Source of the DNA: an uncultured Chthonomonadaceae bacterium
GTDB lineage: Bacteria > Armatimonadota > Chthonomonadetes > Chthonomonadales > Chthonomonadaceae
Reading direction: 5' to 3'
Assembly (NCBI GenBank): GCA_963817895.1
Contig: CAWFQB010000004.1
Span: 576,001-640,000, forward strand
DNA length: 64,000 nucleotides
Part shown: in pieces, positions 23,320-34,369 of the stretch
Position numbering within the stretch: the first letter of the stretch is position 1
Layout: each line of letters opens with the position of its first letter
Program-made: the position numbers and the translations under genes
The notes under the pieces: model-generated
What the model saw: only the letters and a program-made list of their open reading frames with translations
What the model was told of the DNA's origin: nothing
Databases searched by the model: none

Positions 23320-25563
23320 CTATTTCTCCATGTCTACCGTGATGACCGTTCGGTTATGCGCCTTGTCCGTGAGAATGTAGGTGACAGCGCCTTTCTGAGC
23401 CGATAGTTGCTGACCCGATTGTTTTGGACTTCGCGGGCGCGGACGGCAGGGAAACGAGGGCGAAGAAAGTATGCGGGCGCGTACCCGGCTGTAAAGAGAT
23501 TTCTTCGCCCCGCGGCAGAAGCGCCTTGACGCGGGCGGTGTCCGGGCTGGCTTCCAGTTCCAGACGCAGGGTTGGATGCGCCAGATTCACGGTCAGGGCA
23601 CGCCCCAAACCTGTCGGCGGCGTGACATCCACATGGTAATGGAAAACTGCATTTTGCGCGTCCCGTCAGCAAGCACAATGACAATCTTAATGACATACGC
23701 GCCTTCTGCCGCATACGTCGGAATGTCGAAACGCGCTTCCCAGTGATGGCTTGCGGCATTGTACGCCAATCGCTTGATTTCGCCGCCGGGCATAATGGCG
23801 ATAACCTGCTGCGCGTCGGGCGGGGCTTCGATGGTGAGAAGCGGGTCGCCGTGCCGCGCCTGTAGTCCCTGATTGACATAATCCTGCGTGCGCAGTCCGG
23901 TCAGGTGGGCAAGCCGCTCCATTTCCGCAAGCGTTTGGGCCGACCGGGAAGCGTCATTCCGCTGTGAAGCCAACTCCTGTCCCAGTGCCTGCAGTTTCTG
24001 GTTTACCACCCAGAACGCGACGAAATTGGTATACTCGCCCTGATGGTTCTTGTACTGCGCGATCCGGTCCAGTTCCATTCGGAGTTTACGCGCTTCCGTC
24101 GTGCTTTCCGCATGATGGATATACAAGTCCGAAAGCGTTTCGCCGAAGTGATTGTATCGGTATTCAAAGTAGTTGTCCAGCGCGGTATTCGCGTCCTGTC
24201 CGGCTTTGCGGCACAACTGGCGCAGTTGTTCGCGCAGTTTGCGCGCCGTGGGACTGTTCGGGCGGTTGTTCAAAATCTCTTCGGCCAGTCGGCGCGTGAC
24301 CGGTTCGCGCTTCGCTTCCGCAATCTCTTTTTCGTAACGCAGCATTTCCAGTTGGGGTACGGCAAGCCACGAGGTAAAGCGAGAGGGCATCCCGTACCGC
24401 TTGCTTAACGCGATAACCGTAGCGCGGCGGCTGTTGTCCGCGCTCAGGGTGGACATGTAGGCCGCCGCCCACAGTTTGGAAGCAGGATTGTTCGGAACAT
24501 TGCGCGTGGGGAAAAGCAACGGCTGCGCCAGTGTAACCCGGCCTTCGCCAATCCAGTCTTTGTAACGCCAACTGCCACCCGTTTGAGGACCTTGATCCTG
24601 CTGCGACATCGAGTACCGTACGTTGGGCGATGTGCCGGATAGAAACACGCGCGCCTTCCCACTGCCTTTGTAACGTCCCACGACAGTATAAGCATGATGC
24701 GCTTTGATTGTGGCTGCCCCATCCGGCACGACCTGATACGTGGTGACGCCCTGAATACGTACTTTGGGAATGGCAATCAGGCGGTTCGGCGTCAGGACAA
24801 GCACAAAAAAGCCATCTTTGCCCCGTGTGGAGGGCGCGGCGTACAAAACGGCGCGAAGCGGCATCGGGGCGCGGCGCAAAAGAATCTGCAGGTCCTTTTG
24901 CGGTCGGTAATTGGTTCCATGCAGCCGAATGTCAACTCCGCTTGCGGTATGTTGAACAGGCAGGCCGTTCGCGTTGGTGACGCGCGTCACATCCCGGCTT
25001 GGTTTAACGTGTACTCTGACATCTACCGAATCCAGCGAACTCCCGCGCGGCATTTGCAGCGGAAACGTGTAGCTGGTTCCCTGCGCGTCGGAAGGCAGGG
25101 TTTGTACCAGCGTCATTTCTACTTTCAGGTCGCTGTTGGGCAGGACGGGGAAGATGCGGGCGCGAAACGAGTTCTTGCCGACCATCTCAACGAGCGCGGG
25201 ATCCCTCATGCGCGTCGTGATGTGCCGGTAAATCGCGGCGGCCTCCTGCTTTTCCACAATGTGGGCAACCACTTTTTCATGCCCGTACCAGTAGGCGAAA
25301 GCGGTAACAAGGGTGTTGGGCGGAAGCGTATAGATAAAATCGGCTTCGATCTGTTCCGCAGTTTCGTTCTGGAAGGTGAGCGCGAGTTTGTTGACGGCGG
25401 TCTGCCCCTCGATAGCGATATTCGCCTGAATCGCTTTGGTACGCAGGGGAACGGCATTGCGTCCATTGGGTTTGAGAATTACCTGCGTTCGGGCGTTCTG
25501 TGGGCAAGCTAAGGAAGCAAGAACAAGCAAAAGTATTGGCGCACAGCGAAACAATCGGAACAT
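23320..25563 (-). CDS. Secreted VIT (vault inter-alpha-trypsin) domain protein lacking a vWA domain; frameshifts near 23650 and 23400
   Basis: GGAGG RBS and ATG 25563; signal peptide; TFQNE...EADFIYTLP...EKQEAAAIY...DPALVE...FRARIFPV (VIT); KLWAA...LSKRYG.PSRFTSWLAV; C-terminal GDPLLTIEAP...WEARFDIP domain. Confidence 0.78.
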
Positions 25564-25623
25564 CAGGGATACCTCCAGAAAGTGCGGCTTACATTCGAGA
25601 CATTGCCAGTGTACAGCAAGGCT

Positions 25624-25689
25624 CGTGTCCGAAACCGTGTCCGAATTCAAGAGAATGTGTGTCACGAAGGCAGGAGTGGCGTGTCCGAA
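25624..25689. promoter_or_regulatory. Phased direct repeats CGTGTCCGAA (putative operator of the adjacent SARP/STAND regulator)
   Basis: Exact copies start at 25624, 25636 and 25680; a degenerate copy TGTGTCACGA starts at 25658. Spacings are 12, 22 and 22 bp. Confidence 0.55.
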
Positions 25690-25765
25690 GAAGAAAAGTA
25701 AGTAGAATAGTGACGGCATTGAAAGAGCATGAAAAGAAGAAAGAAAGCGCAGGCAACACGAAAGT

Positions 25766-28700
25766 ATGGAACGCGACGGTGAAAATAGTACGCCTCCCCT
25801 GATAATCAAGTTGTTCGGCGCGATGGAAGTGCAGGTCAATGGCGTGTCCCTGCCCGGACTGCGTTCGCGTAAGGAGTTGTGGCTGCTGGCGCTGCTCACT
25901 TTGCAAAATGGCAGGCCGGTGAAACGCGCGTGGCTTGCGCAGGAGCTATGGCCGTTTCCCGACCATGCCGTAGATCAGGCGGCCTACAACCTGCGCCGGG
26001 GGCTGACCAATCTGCGCAAAGCATTGGGAACGGAAGCGCATCGGCTGCAATCCCCCACGCACGACACGCTGCGCCTGAATGTTGAGAATGCAAGTGTTGA
26101 TACAGCCGAATGGGAGGCTGCGCGGCAACTGAAGGATGTCGGATCGCTGGAATCCGCGCTGGCCTGTTACGCGGGGCCGTTGCTTCGGGAGTGTACCGAA
26201 CTATGGGCCGCGCAGCAGCGGACGGAAAAGGAACAGCAGTATCTACAGGTGTTGCAGGCGCGGAGCGAATTGGCCGGTTTAGAGGAGGATTGGGAAACGG
26301 TAGTACGCTGTTTGCGGCGCGTTGTCGAAATTGATCCGTTTTGTGAATTGGCGCAGCGCGGCCTGATGCGCGGGCTGGCGCAGAGTGGAAACCACTACGC
26401 CGCGCTGCAAGCGTATCAGGAATTCAGCCTGCGCCTGCACCGTGAGCGCAACACCCTGCCCGAACCGGAAACTACAGCTCTGTATGAAAAACTCCGCGCG
26501 GAACTGCGGGACCGACCACGCGCCGAAAACAGAAAACATAGAAGCGGCATCCGCATTGCCGAACGCGGAAGGGGATGCGAAAACCGCTGCGCCACTTCGC
26601 CGCCTGCCCGTTCCCCTGACCGCATTGATCGGGCGCGCGCAGGAGTTGGAAGCCATTCGCAGCCGCTTCCAACAGGCGCGTTTGCTGACGCTCACGGGCG
26701 CGGGCGGCATCGGCAAAACCCGGCTGGCAATCCAACTCGCTGAAGAACTCAGCGAGGGAATTCGCGGACGGCGTTTGTTTTGTGGATATGTCTGCCCTGA
26801 CGGACGGGGAACAGATCGCGCAAATGGCTGTCGCCGCGCTGACGATACGCGAAACATCGCAGAGTTCGCCCCTGCAAACGCTGCTGGACTATCTCCGCGA
26901 CAAACACCTGCTTCTGCTGCTGGACAACTGCGAACATCTGGTGGATACGTGCGCCGCGCTTGCCGAAACGCTCTTGCAGCATTGCCGCGCATCTGCATAT
27001 TCTGGCGACAAGCCGACAGCCGCTGGACGTGCAGGGGGAGAGCGTGTGGCGCGTATCCTCCCTGTCCCTGCCGGACGCAAAGCAGTTGCCGGGTGACAAT
27101 GCTTCCCTGACAAATCTGCTGCAAACCTACGCCGCCATTCAACTGTTCGTGGAGCGCGCGATGCAGGCGCAATCCGATTTTGTGTTGACCCCGCAGAACG
27201 CGCCCGCCGTGCTGCAAATCTGCCGGCAATTGGACGGTATTCCTCTCGCCCTCGAATTGGCCGCCGCCCGCGTCAAAGCTTTGCCGGTAGAACAAATCGC
27301 CATTCGCCTGGATGACCGTTTCCGACTGCTGACAAACGGCCCGCGCACCGCCCTGTCCCGGCAGCGCACGTTGGAAGCCGCCATTAAATGGAGTTTCGAC
27401 CTGTTATCTGAGGAGGACCGCGCCATGCTGTCCGCCCTGTCCGTGTTCGTCGGCGGCTGGACACTGGAAGCGGCGGAAGCGGTTTGTGAGGAAAGAAAAG
27501 GAGAAAAGGAGAAGAGGAGAAAAGGAGAAGAGGAGAACCAATCCACGATGAACGGTTTAGCGCGTCTGGTGGATCGGTCATTGGCAATTTATGAGCAGGA
27601 GGGCGGGCAGGCGCGGTATCGTTTGCTGGAAACAGTGCGGCAGTACAGCCGGGAAGAACTGGCGGATGAGGCAGCCGCGCAATAGGGGCGGGAACGGCAT
27701 CTGGATTACTTATCTGCGATCTGGCGGAGGAAGCCAGTCCGCATCTTCAGGGGAAGCAGCAGGCGCAGTGGCTGACGCGGCTGGAAACGGAGCATGATAA
27801 TCTGCGCGCCGCATTGGAATGGAGTTTGCACCCATTCCCCGGCGGCAGAGCGCGGCCTGCAAATGGCGTCGCTGTTATGGCGTTTCTGGCACAAGCGCGG
27901 CTATTTGAGTTTGGGACGGCAAATGCTGGCGAACGCGCTGGAACGGACAGCATCCGTTGGGGACACGCCAATTCGCGCCGAAGCCCTGAACGGCGCGGGA
28001 ATGTTGGCCTGCTTGCAGGGAGATCACGCGGCGGCGGGGGCGTACTTTCAGGCAAGCCTCGCGATTGGAAACGAGCGCGGGGATGCGATGCTGCGAGCCA
28101 ACGCGCTGCACAGTCTGGGACAAATGGCGTGGAACCGCCACGATTACGCGCAGGCGCGGCATTATTTCGCGCACGCGCTTGCGCATGCATCGGGAATGTC
28201 TCCGGGCCGGCGCAGGTTGCCGATCACGCTGAACTATCTCGGCGTGGTTGCCAGTGATGAGGGGGATCACGACGCGGCGCAGCAGTATTTCGAGGAGGGG
28301 CTGGCAATCGGCACGGAACTGGACGATGAGAATTTGATTGCGAGTTCGCTGCACGGATTGGCGCACCGCGCCTTTTACTGCAAGGATTACCCGGAAGCGC
28401 GGCGGTTTTACAGCGAAGAACTGACGCTTGCGCGGCGTCTGCACGACCGCGAATTGACGGCGAAAACGCTGCACCGTCTGGGCTGCGTGGAACACGAACT
28501 GCACAATTACCCTGCCGCCCGCGCCCTGTTTGAGGAGAGTCTGACGCTTGCCAGAAAACTGTCGTACCGCGATTTGCTGTCCGCCGTGCTGTACAGTCTT
28601 GGCAAAACGGCTTCCGCGCAGCAATACTACGCCTTTGCCCGCGACTGTTTTGCGGAACGGCTGGCAATCAGCGCACAGGCCGGGGACAAGCCGGGATTGT

Positions 28701-28948
28701 TTTACACGCTGGACGCGGTTGCCGCCATGCTGGCAGCGCAGGGACAGGCGTTTCGCGCCGTGATGCTGTTCGCCGTCGTTCAAACGCTTCGCGAATCGCT
28801 GCTGCTGCCGCCGCCGCCCGAAATTGTCTCAGAAACGCCGCGCCTGCAAGCCGCCCGCGCCGCATTGGGCGAGACAGAATTTATGCGGGCATGGGAACAG
28901 GGACGTCTCTTATCTTTGGAAGAAGCCATTGAACAGGCTGTGCAATAA
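25766..28948 (+). CDS. AfsR/SARP-type regulator: wHTH-BTAD-NB-ARC(STAND)-TPR; multiple frameshifts and one in-frame stop near 27683
   Basis: IKLFGAMEV...LLALL...LAQELWP; YAGPLL..C..W, IDPFCE..QRGLMR (BTAD); Walker [36 protein letters not shown]-terminal TPR repeats. Confidence 0.88.
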
Positions 28949-29018
28949 GTTGCGCGGCTGTGATAACGAAGTCTGCCTTCGCGGACTGAAGGCCAACGGT
29001 TTGCCTCAAAGGTGAAGT

Positions 29019-30327
29019 ATGAAATTTCGCGTGTTCCTGATGATAACGACTCTGGGGTTGCTGGTACTTGCGCTTGCTGTCGTCTGGCAACTGCATCGGC
29101 AGCGTCAGGGCAGTGAATTATGTGCCGCTATTCGGAATGGAGATACAAGTGTTGCTCTGGCACTGCTGCACAATGGCGCGGATCCAAATACGCGGCAACC
29201 TTTCAACCCGGATACCACACCAATGCAGGCATTGCAGCGCCTTTCGGAACCATTGGCGCAATCCACAAAAAGCCGCCAATGCATACTACGGCGCGTCCGT
29301 GCTGCAACTCGCGGTTCAAAAAGACAATGTTGTTGTTATCAAATATCTCTTGGAGCATGGAGCAAGCGATATTAACGCACTCGCCATACATGATGGGAAT
29401 TATCCCTTTGAAGAACCCCCTGCGCTTGTTGCTGTAGTTACGGCGTTCAAGCATCCTGACTTAGCGTGGATGTTTTTGAAGCGAGGGGCAACGCGTTCGC
29501 AAGAAGATAAAGAACGCTTGTTGTGCGCAGCAGCTTACGCGGACAACATGGAACTGGTTCGTTATCTGGTAAATACCGGCATCAATGCCAATGGCGGCGC
29601 AAAGTGGGATGAGTTCAACAATCCTGACAGAACTCCTCCACTGTTGGACTCCGTTCGCAATCGAAATATCGAAATGGCAACCTTGTTGCTGGAACATAAT
29701 GCCCGAATTAATTTTACCTTTGCGCTCACATCAGTCATGACAGAGGCTGCGGAAAATGGCGACAACGCCATAATCAAACTGCTGTTAGCGCGCGGCGCGA
29801 ATGTAGATGTGGCAGTAGATTTAGGAACACCCTTGTGCGTTGCGGCTGAAAACGGGCATTTAGATGTGGTGAAAACCCTCGTGGCTGCAGGGGCTAATGT
29901 CAACTATAAGAACAACATGGGGGCGGTGCTGACACGCACGGAAGGGATAGATGGTTCTGATAATAATCGCTTGTCCATTCTGAAACTGCTGCTTACAAAA
30001 GGCGCTAAAGTGAATGAGCCGGAGGAAGATGGCTGGACAGCATTACTGGGAGAAGCCTATGCGGGCAAAGCAGTATTGGTAAAACTCCTGCTGGACTATG
30101 GCGCGGATGTAAACCATTATGACATCCACTGCAATACGGCATTGACGGATGCTATCACTGAAAACCATGTCAACGTTGCCCGCTTGCTGCTGTTACGAGG
30201 CGCAAAAATCAGAATGGCAGTCAGGAATAAATACGGCAATAACCCCGCGCAAATACACATTGATGCAATGAAGAAGGAGAAAACGCCCGCCATGAAAGCG
30301 TTGCTGCGGCGTTATGACAAGCATTAG
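29019..30327 (+). CDS. Ankyrin-repeat protein with an N-terminal membrane anchor (frameshift near 29250)
   Basis: Repeated LLARGANVD, GTPLCVAAENGHLDVVKTLVAAGANVN, GWTALLGEA...LLDYGADVN. Visibly AT-richer than the flanks. Confidence 0.85.
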
Positions 30328-30468
30328 CCAGTTTGTCAGGGATTTTCAACACCCGGAACAGGGTGTCTCGCGCCGGATAAAGTTTGCTTCCTCAAGGAAC
30401 GCCAAAAAAAGAGTATACTATTCTATGCGTTTTGTTAGGCGCGTGTTACCTGCTTTGTGGAGGGAACT

Positions 30469-31255
30469 ATGACGGCGACCGTTTCGGCAAAAACCGCTTC
30501 CAAAATCAAAAAACCATATTACCCGACCCGGGATGGAGAACCGATGGCCGAGTTTGATTTGCACTGGGACGTAACCGCATACTGCTGTAATGCGCTGCGC
30601 TCGCGCTATGCGTCTCAGCCCAATGTGTATGTTGCCAGCGACAACTTTCTCTACTATGAACGGGGCCAGCCGAAATCGGTCGTTTCGCCGGACTGTTACG
30701 TGATCTTTGGCGCGGGGATGCGGATGCGCGAACTCGTACAAGGCATGGGAAAACGGCGGACTTCTGCCGGATGTGGTTATCGAAATCACTTCCAAAAAAA
30801 CCCGAAGCGTAGACATAGGGAGTAAGTATCAGACGTATCAGGATGTCTTGCGCGTGTCGGAGTATTTTCTGTTCGATCCGACAGCGGATTATATAGACAC
30901 GCGGCTGCGCGGCTACCGACTCGGCGAGAACGGCTACGAACCGATTGTGCCGGATGCGCAAGGACGTCTGCACAGCGAACAACTTGGGCTGGAACTGACC
31001 GTACAGGGAAATCGCTTGAAGTTTTTCGACGCGCAGACGGGCATGTACTTGCTGACTTACTATGAATTAGAGGCGGCAAAACGGTCTGAAGCGCAACGCG
31101 CCAATGAAGAAGCGCAACGCGCCAATGAAGAAGCGCAACGCGCCAATGAAGAAGCGCAACGCGCCAATGAAGAAGCGCAGGCAAGAGCTGAAGTGGAAGC
31201 GGAAAACACTCGCTTACGGGCGGAACTTGCAAAGTTCCAATCCGGCGGAATGTAG
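30469..31255 (+). CDS. Uma2/DUF820 PD-(D/E)xK endonuclease-fold protein with a coiled-coil tail (frameshift near 30730)
   Basis: YPTRDGEPMAE, VSPDCYV, PDVVIEITSKKT, VSEYFLFDP. Confidence 0.85.
31088..31171 (+). repeat. 21-bp tandem repeat x4 encoding EAQRANE
   Basis: GAAGCGCAACGCGCCAATGAA, four perfect copies. Confidence 0.9.
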
Positions 31256-31343
31256 CGCCGGATTGCAGCGTGTTCAAGCCTGCCGCCAATCAGAAAAAGT
31301 ATTTTCTACAATCTGAAAACCAGGAAGCAAGGAAGTAACGATT

Positions 31344-32328
31344 ATGCCGGTTTGTGTCGGCGTCGCGTTCAAGCGCGTCGCCAAATCGTATTGGTTCGAT
31401 CCCGATGGGCTGACGCTCGATGAGAACGACCGCGTGATTGTGGAAACCACGCGGGGCGCGGAACTCGGCATCGTGAAAATCGGGCAGCGCAGTGTCGGCG
31501 ACGAGGAGATTCAGTCGCCGCTGAAGCGCGTGATGCGCCGCGCCGAAGACCGCGATCTCGAACAGGAGCGCCAGAACCGCATCAAAGCGCGGCAGGCGCT
31601 TGCCCTGTGTCAGGAGCGCGTGAAATCCTACAACATGCCAATGAAACTGTTGCAGGCCGAGTACAATTTCGATGGCAGTCAGGTCACGGTCTATTTCGCG
31701 GCGGAAGCGCGCGTGGATTTCCGCGAACTCGTGCGCGATGTGGCCGGACATTTGCGCTGCAAGGTACAATTACATCAGGTTGGGGCGCGGGATCAGGCCA
31801 AAATGATTGGCGGCATCGGGCCGTGTGGCCTGACGCTGTGCTGCGCTACCTTCCTTTCTGATTTCGCGCCCATTTCCATGAAAATGGCGAAAGATCAGAG
31901 CCTGTTCCTGAACCCCGTAAAATTTTCGGGCGTATGCGGCAAATTGATGTGCTGCCTGCGTTACGAACACGACCCCGAAGGCGAGGCGAAACCGCGCCTG
32001 CCGCAAATCGGGGAAATCGTGATGTCGTCGAGCGGGCAGGGCAAGGTTCTGGACCTGAACTTGAAAACCAGTATCGCCCTTGTGCAGTTGCTGGACGGCA
32101 AAGCGGAACTGGAATTCCCGGCAGACGAACTGCGTATCGAAAAAACGGAAAAGTGCCACGACTGTCAGGGGGTGCAGCGTGGATCAATTGCAGGAGGATG
32201 CCGAAGAAGCCGTGACCGTAGATGTGGACACGCGGCGGAATGCCCTTGAAACGGCTTCCACGCGCGCTTCCGATCTGGCGGCGGAAATGCTGGCGCTGGC
32301 GAGAGAATCGCCGGACAGCGAACTTTGA
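31344..32328 (+). CDS. ricT: PSP1-domain protein RicT/YaaT (stage 0 sporulation family); frameshift near 32170
   Basis: RVDFRELVRD, GARDQAKMIGGIGPCGLTLCC, KMAKDQSL.LNP.KFSGVCGKLMCCLRYE. Confidence 0.88.
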
Positions 32329-32345
32329 AGCAGAGGATAACAATC

Positions 32346-32579
32346 ATGCCCATTTATGAGTTTCTATGCAAGGATTGCCGACACGAGTTCAAAACGCTGA
32401 AACGCGCCGAACAACTGGCGCAGGTGACGTGTCCGACGTGTGGCGCGGGAAAAGTGTCCCGCCTGCTATCCGTAACCGCCCGAACCGCTTCCGATGGCAA
32501 CGCGCAGGGGGCGGAGATGCAGGACTGCGGCAGGCCGGGTGGCTGCTGTATGGGCATGGGCGGCTGTGGAATCAATTAG
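32346..32579 (+). CDS. FmdB-family zinc-ribbon protein
   Basis: MPIYEFLCKDC...CPTCG..KVSRLLS, Cys/Gly-rich tail. Confidence 0.88.
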   Translation: MPIYEFLCKDCRHEFKTLKRAEQLAQVTCPTCGAGKVSRLLSVTARTASDGNAQGAEMQDCGRPGGCCMGMGGCGIN

Positions 32580-32582
32580 GAG

Positions 32583-33724
32583 CTCACCTTACGCAGGCGA
32601 GCAGTTTGTAGTCACAGATTTGCTGTTGTTGACGGTAGAATAGTGTCATGGACAAACAACTTCTGGACCTTTACTCAGACTATCTCCTTTGTTCGTTCGG
32701 CCTGACTACCGCGACGGGCCTTTCCACCCTGCTCGACGGCGCGATTAGCCACGACAAGATCACGCGGTTCTTGTCAGGACGTGACTTCACTTCTTCGGAC
32801 CTGTGGCATCTGGTCAAACCCTTGGTACGGCAGGTACAATGTGAAGACGCAGTTCTGGTCTTCGATGACAGCATCGAAGAAAAACTCTATACGGATGAAA
32901 GCGAACTCATTTGCTGGCATTGGGATCATTGCTTCAACCGCAACGTGAAGGGCATCAACATTCTGACCTGTTTGTATCGCGCGCCCACTGCCGCTCTGCC
33001 CGTTGCCTTCGAGTTGATCCAAAAGTCGGCTTGGGAAACGCATAAGAAGACGGGCAAACCCAAGCGAGTGTGTCCCAAGACCAAGAACGAATACCTGCGC
33101 GAGATGGTGGCGCAATGTCAGAAGAACCAATTGCCTTTTCGCTATGTCCTGGCCGACGCTTGGTTCAGCGCGGCAGAAACGATGATGCACCTCAAAAACG
33201 AAGGCAAAACCGACTTTATCTTCCCGATTAAGGCCAACCGCAAGGTGGCTTTGTCCCAGGAAGACAAGTTGGCAGGCCGCTATATGCCCGTATCCTCGCT
33301 TTGCTGCGAAGCGGACGCCGTATTGAACATCTGGCTGGAGGGGGTAAACTTCCCCCTTCTGCTGTGTAAGCAGGTCTTTACAAACAAGGACGGCAGCCAG
33401 GGCGTTCTCTATCTCGTGACGAGTGACACGACGTTAAGCGGTTGCGACATCCAGACGATCTACCAAAAACGGTGGAAAGTGGAAGAGTATCACAAATCGG
33501 TCAAGAGCAATGCGAGTTTCGCCAAGTCGCCGACCAAAACTATTCGGACCCAGAGCAACCATATCTTCGCCTGTTTATGGGCGTATGTGAAGTTGGAAAG
33601 TCTGCGTTTGCAGACGCGCTTGAACCATTTTGCGATGAAAGGCAGGCTCTACAAAGCGGCCCTTGCCAGCGCCTACCGCGAACTACAACTGCTCAAAGGC
33701 ATGAGTGCGCCTGCGTAAGGTGAG
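32583..33724 (+). mobile_element. Complete insertion sequence (IS701-like DDE family) with terminal IRs and a 7-bp target duplication
   Basis: IRL CTCACCTTACGCAGGCG (32583) / IRR CGCCTGCGTAAGGTGAG (ends 33724), flanked by direct repeat TTAGGAG at 32576-32582 and 33725-33731. Confidence 0.9.
32648..33718 (+). CDS. Transposase (IS701-like DDE)
   Basis: ISHDKITRFL, LVFDDSIEEK, YVLADAWF, YQKRWKVEEYHKSVK. Intact 356 aa. Confidence 0.9.
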   Translation: MDKQLLDLYSDYLLCSFGLTTATGLSTLLDGAISHDKITRFLSGRDFTSSDLWHLVKPLVRQVQCEDAVLVFDDSIEEKLYTDESELICWHWDHCFNRNVKGINILTCLYRAPTAALPVAFELIQKSAWETHKKTGKPKRVCPKTKNEYLREMVAQCQKNQLPFRYVLADAWFSAAETMMHLKNEGKTDFIFPIKANRKVALSQEDKLAGRYMPVSSLCCEADAVLNIWLEGVNFPLLLCKQVFTNKDGSQGVLYLVTSDTTLSGCDIQTIYQKRWKVEEYHKSVKSNASFAKSPTKTIRTQSNHIFACLWAYVKLESLRLQTRLNHFAMKGRLYKAALASAYRELQLLKGMSAPA

Positions 33725-33737
33725 TTAGGAGCAAGCA

Positions 33738-34136
33738 ATGTCGGATATGACTGATGGCAACCCGGATGTGGAAGCCGCTCGTTTTCAGGGCGCGAGTTCT
33801 GCCCACGCCGCTGCGGGCGCAACTTTTGTGGGCAATGAACCTGTCCTCATTTTTACCGCGATGGACAACGAAGAAGCAGACGTGGTTCGCGCCACGCTGG
33901 CGGCGGCGGGTATCCCCGCCATGCTGCAAAGCGCGAGCGTAACAACCGTCATGGGCGCGGTTGATGCTGTCACGCGGGATACGCACAATTTAGGTATTGT
34001 CGTCGCGCCCTCGCACGTCGAAGCCGCCCGCGCCCTGCTCAACGCGCCCGCGCTCACCGAAGAAGAACTCGCGGCGGAAGCCGCCGCCGACCCGACTACG
34101 CTGGCGCAGGCCGAAGCGGAAGTGAGAAAGGCGTGA
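33738..34136 (+). CDS. DUF2007-like (putative signal-transducing) protein
   Basis: EADVVRATLAAAGIPA...IVVAPSHVEAARALL. Confidence 0.65.
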   Translation: MSDMTDGNPDVEAARFQGASSAHAAAGATFVGNEPVLIFTAMDNEEADVVRATLAAAGIPAMLQSASVTTVMGAVDAVTRDTHNLGIVVAPSHVEAARALLNAPALTEEELAAEAAADPTTLAQAEAEVRKA

Positions 34137-34180
34137 AAGGTAGATAAGTAGACGGTAGATAGTAGTATCAATCTACAATT

Positions 34181-34351
34181 TTACTGCCGGACACATTTTG
34201 CCAGGGGTTGAAACCCCTGTCTACATAGCCTACGGCCAAGCGTCCTTCGGACGCAAATGCTTATTTTCAGTGGATCGCGTCCGAAGGACGCCTGGCGGAA
34301 CGCCACTCAGACGGGTATTTTCAATGCCCGGCAAAATGTGTCTGGTAGTGA
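34181..34351. repeat. Palindromic REP/MITE-like element, family A (second copy)
   Basis: Outer IR CCGGACACATTTTGCC / GGCAAAATGTGTCTGG; inner AGCGTCCTTCGGACGC / GCGTCCGAAGGACGC as at 1164-1221. Confidence 0.8.
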
Positions 34352-34369
34352 ATCTACCCATCTATTCTT

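Noticed and set aside
25564..25899. N-terminal extensions of ORF-track calls (VIT to 25899, pyrB to 53050, DUF1080 to 12710, paralog 2 to 40785)
   Set aside because: The extensions run through intergenic repeats or the divergent gene; better starts lie downstream, supported by RBS and/or family-typical N-termini.
27683..27685. In-frame TAG in the STAND regulator as possible stop-codon recoding
   Set aside because: It is a single case in an error-rich gene, and TAG is used as a normal stop elsewhere in the window.
25766..28948. Avs/NLR-like antiphage STAND system
   Set aside because: The N-terminus is wHTH-BTAD, a transcription-activator architecture, not a nuclease, TIR or SIR2 effector.
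31088..31171. CRISPR-like array
   Set aside because: The units are directly adjacent with no spacers, lie in a coding frame, and no cas genes are present.
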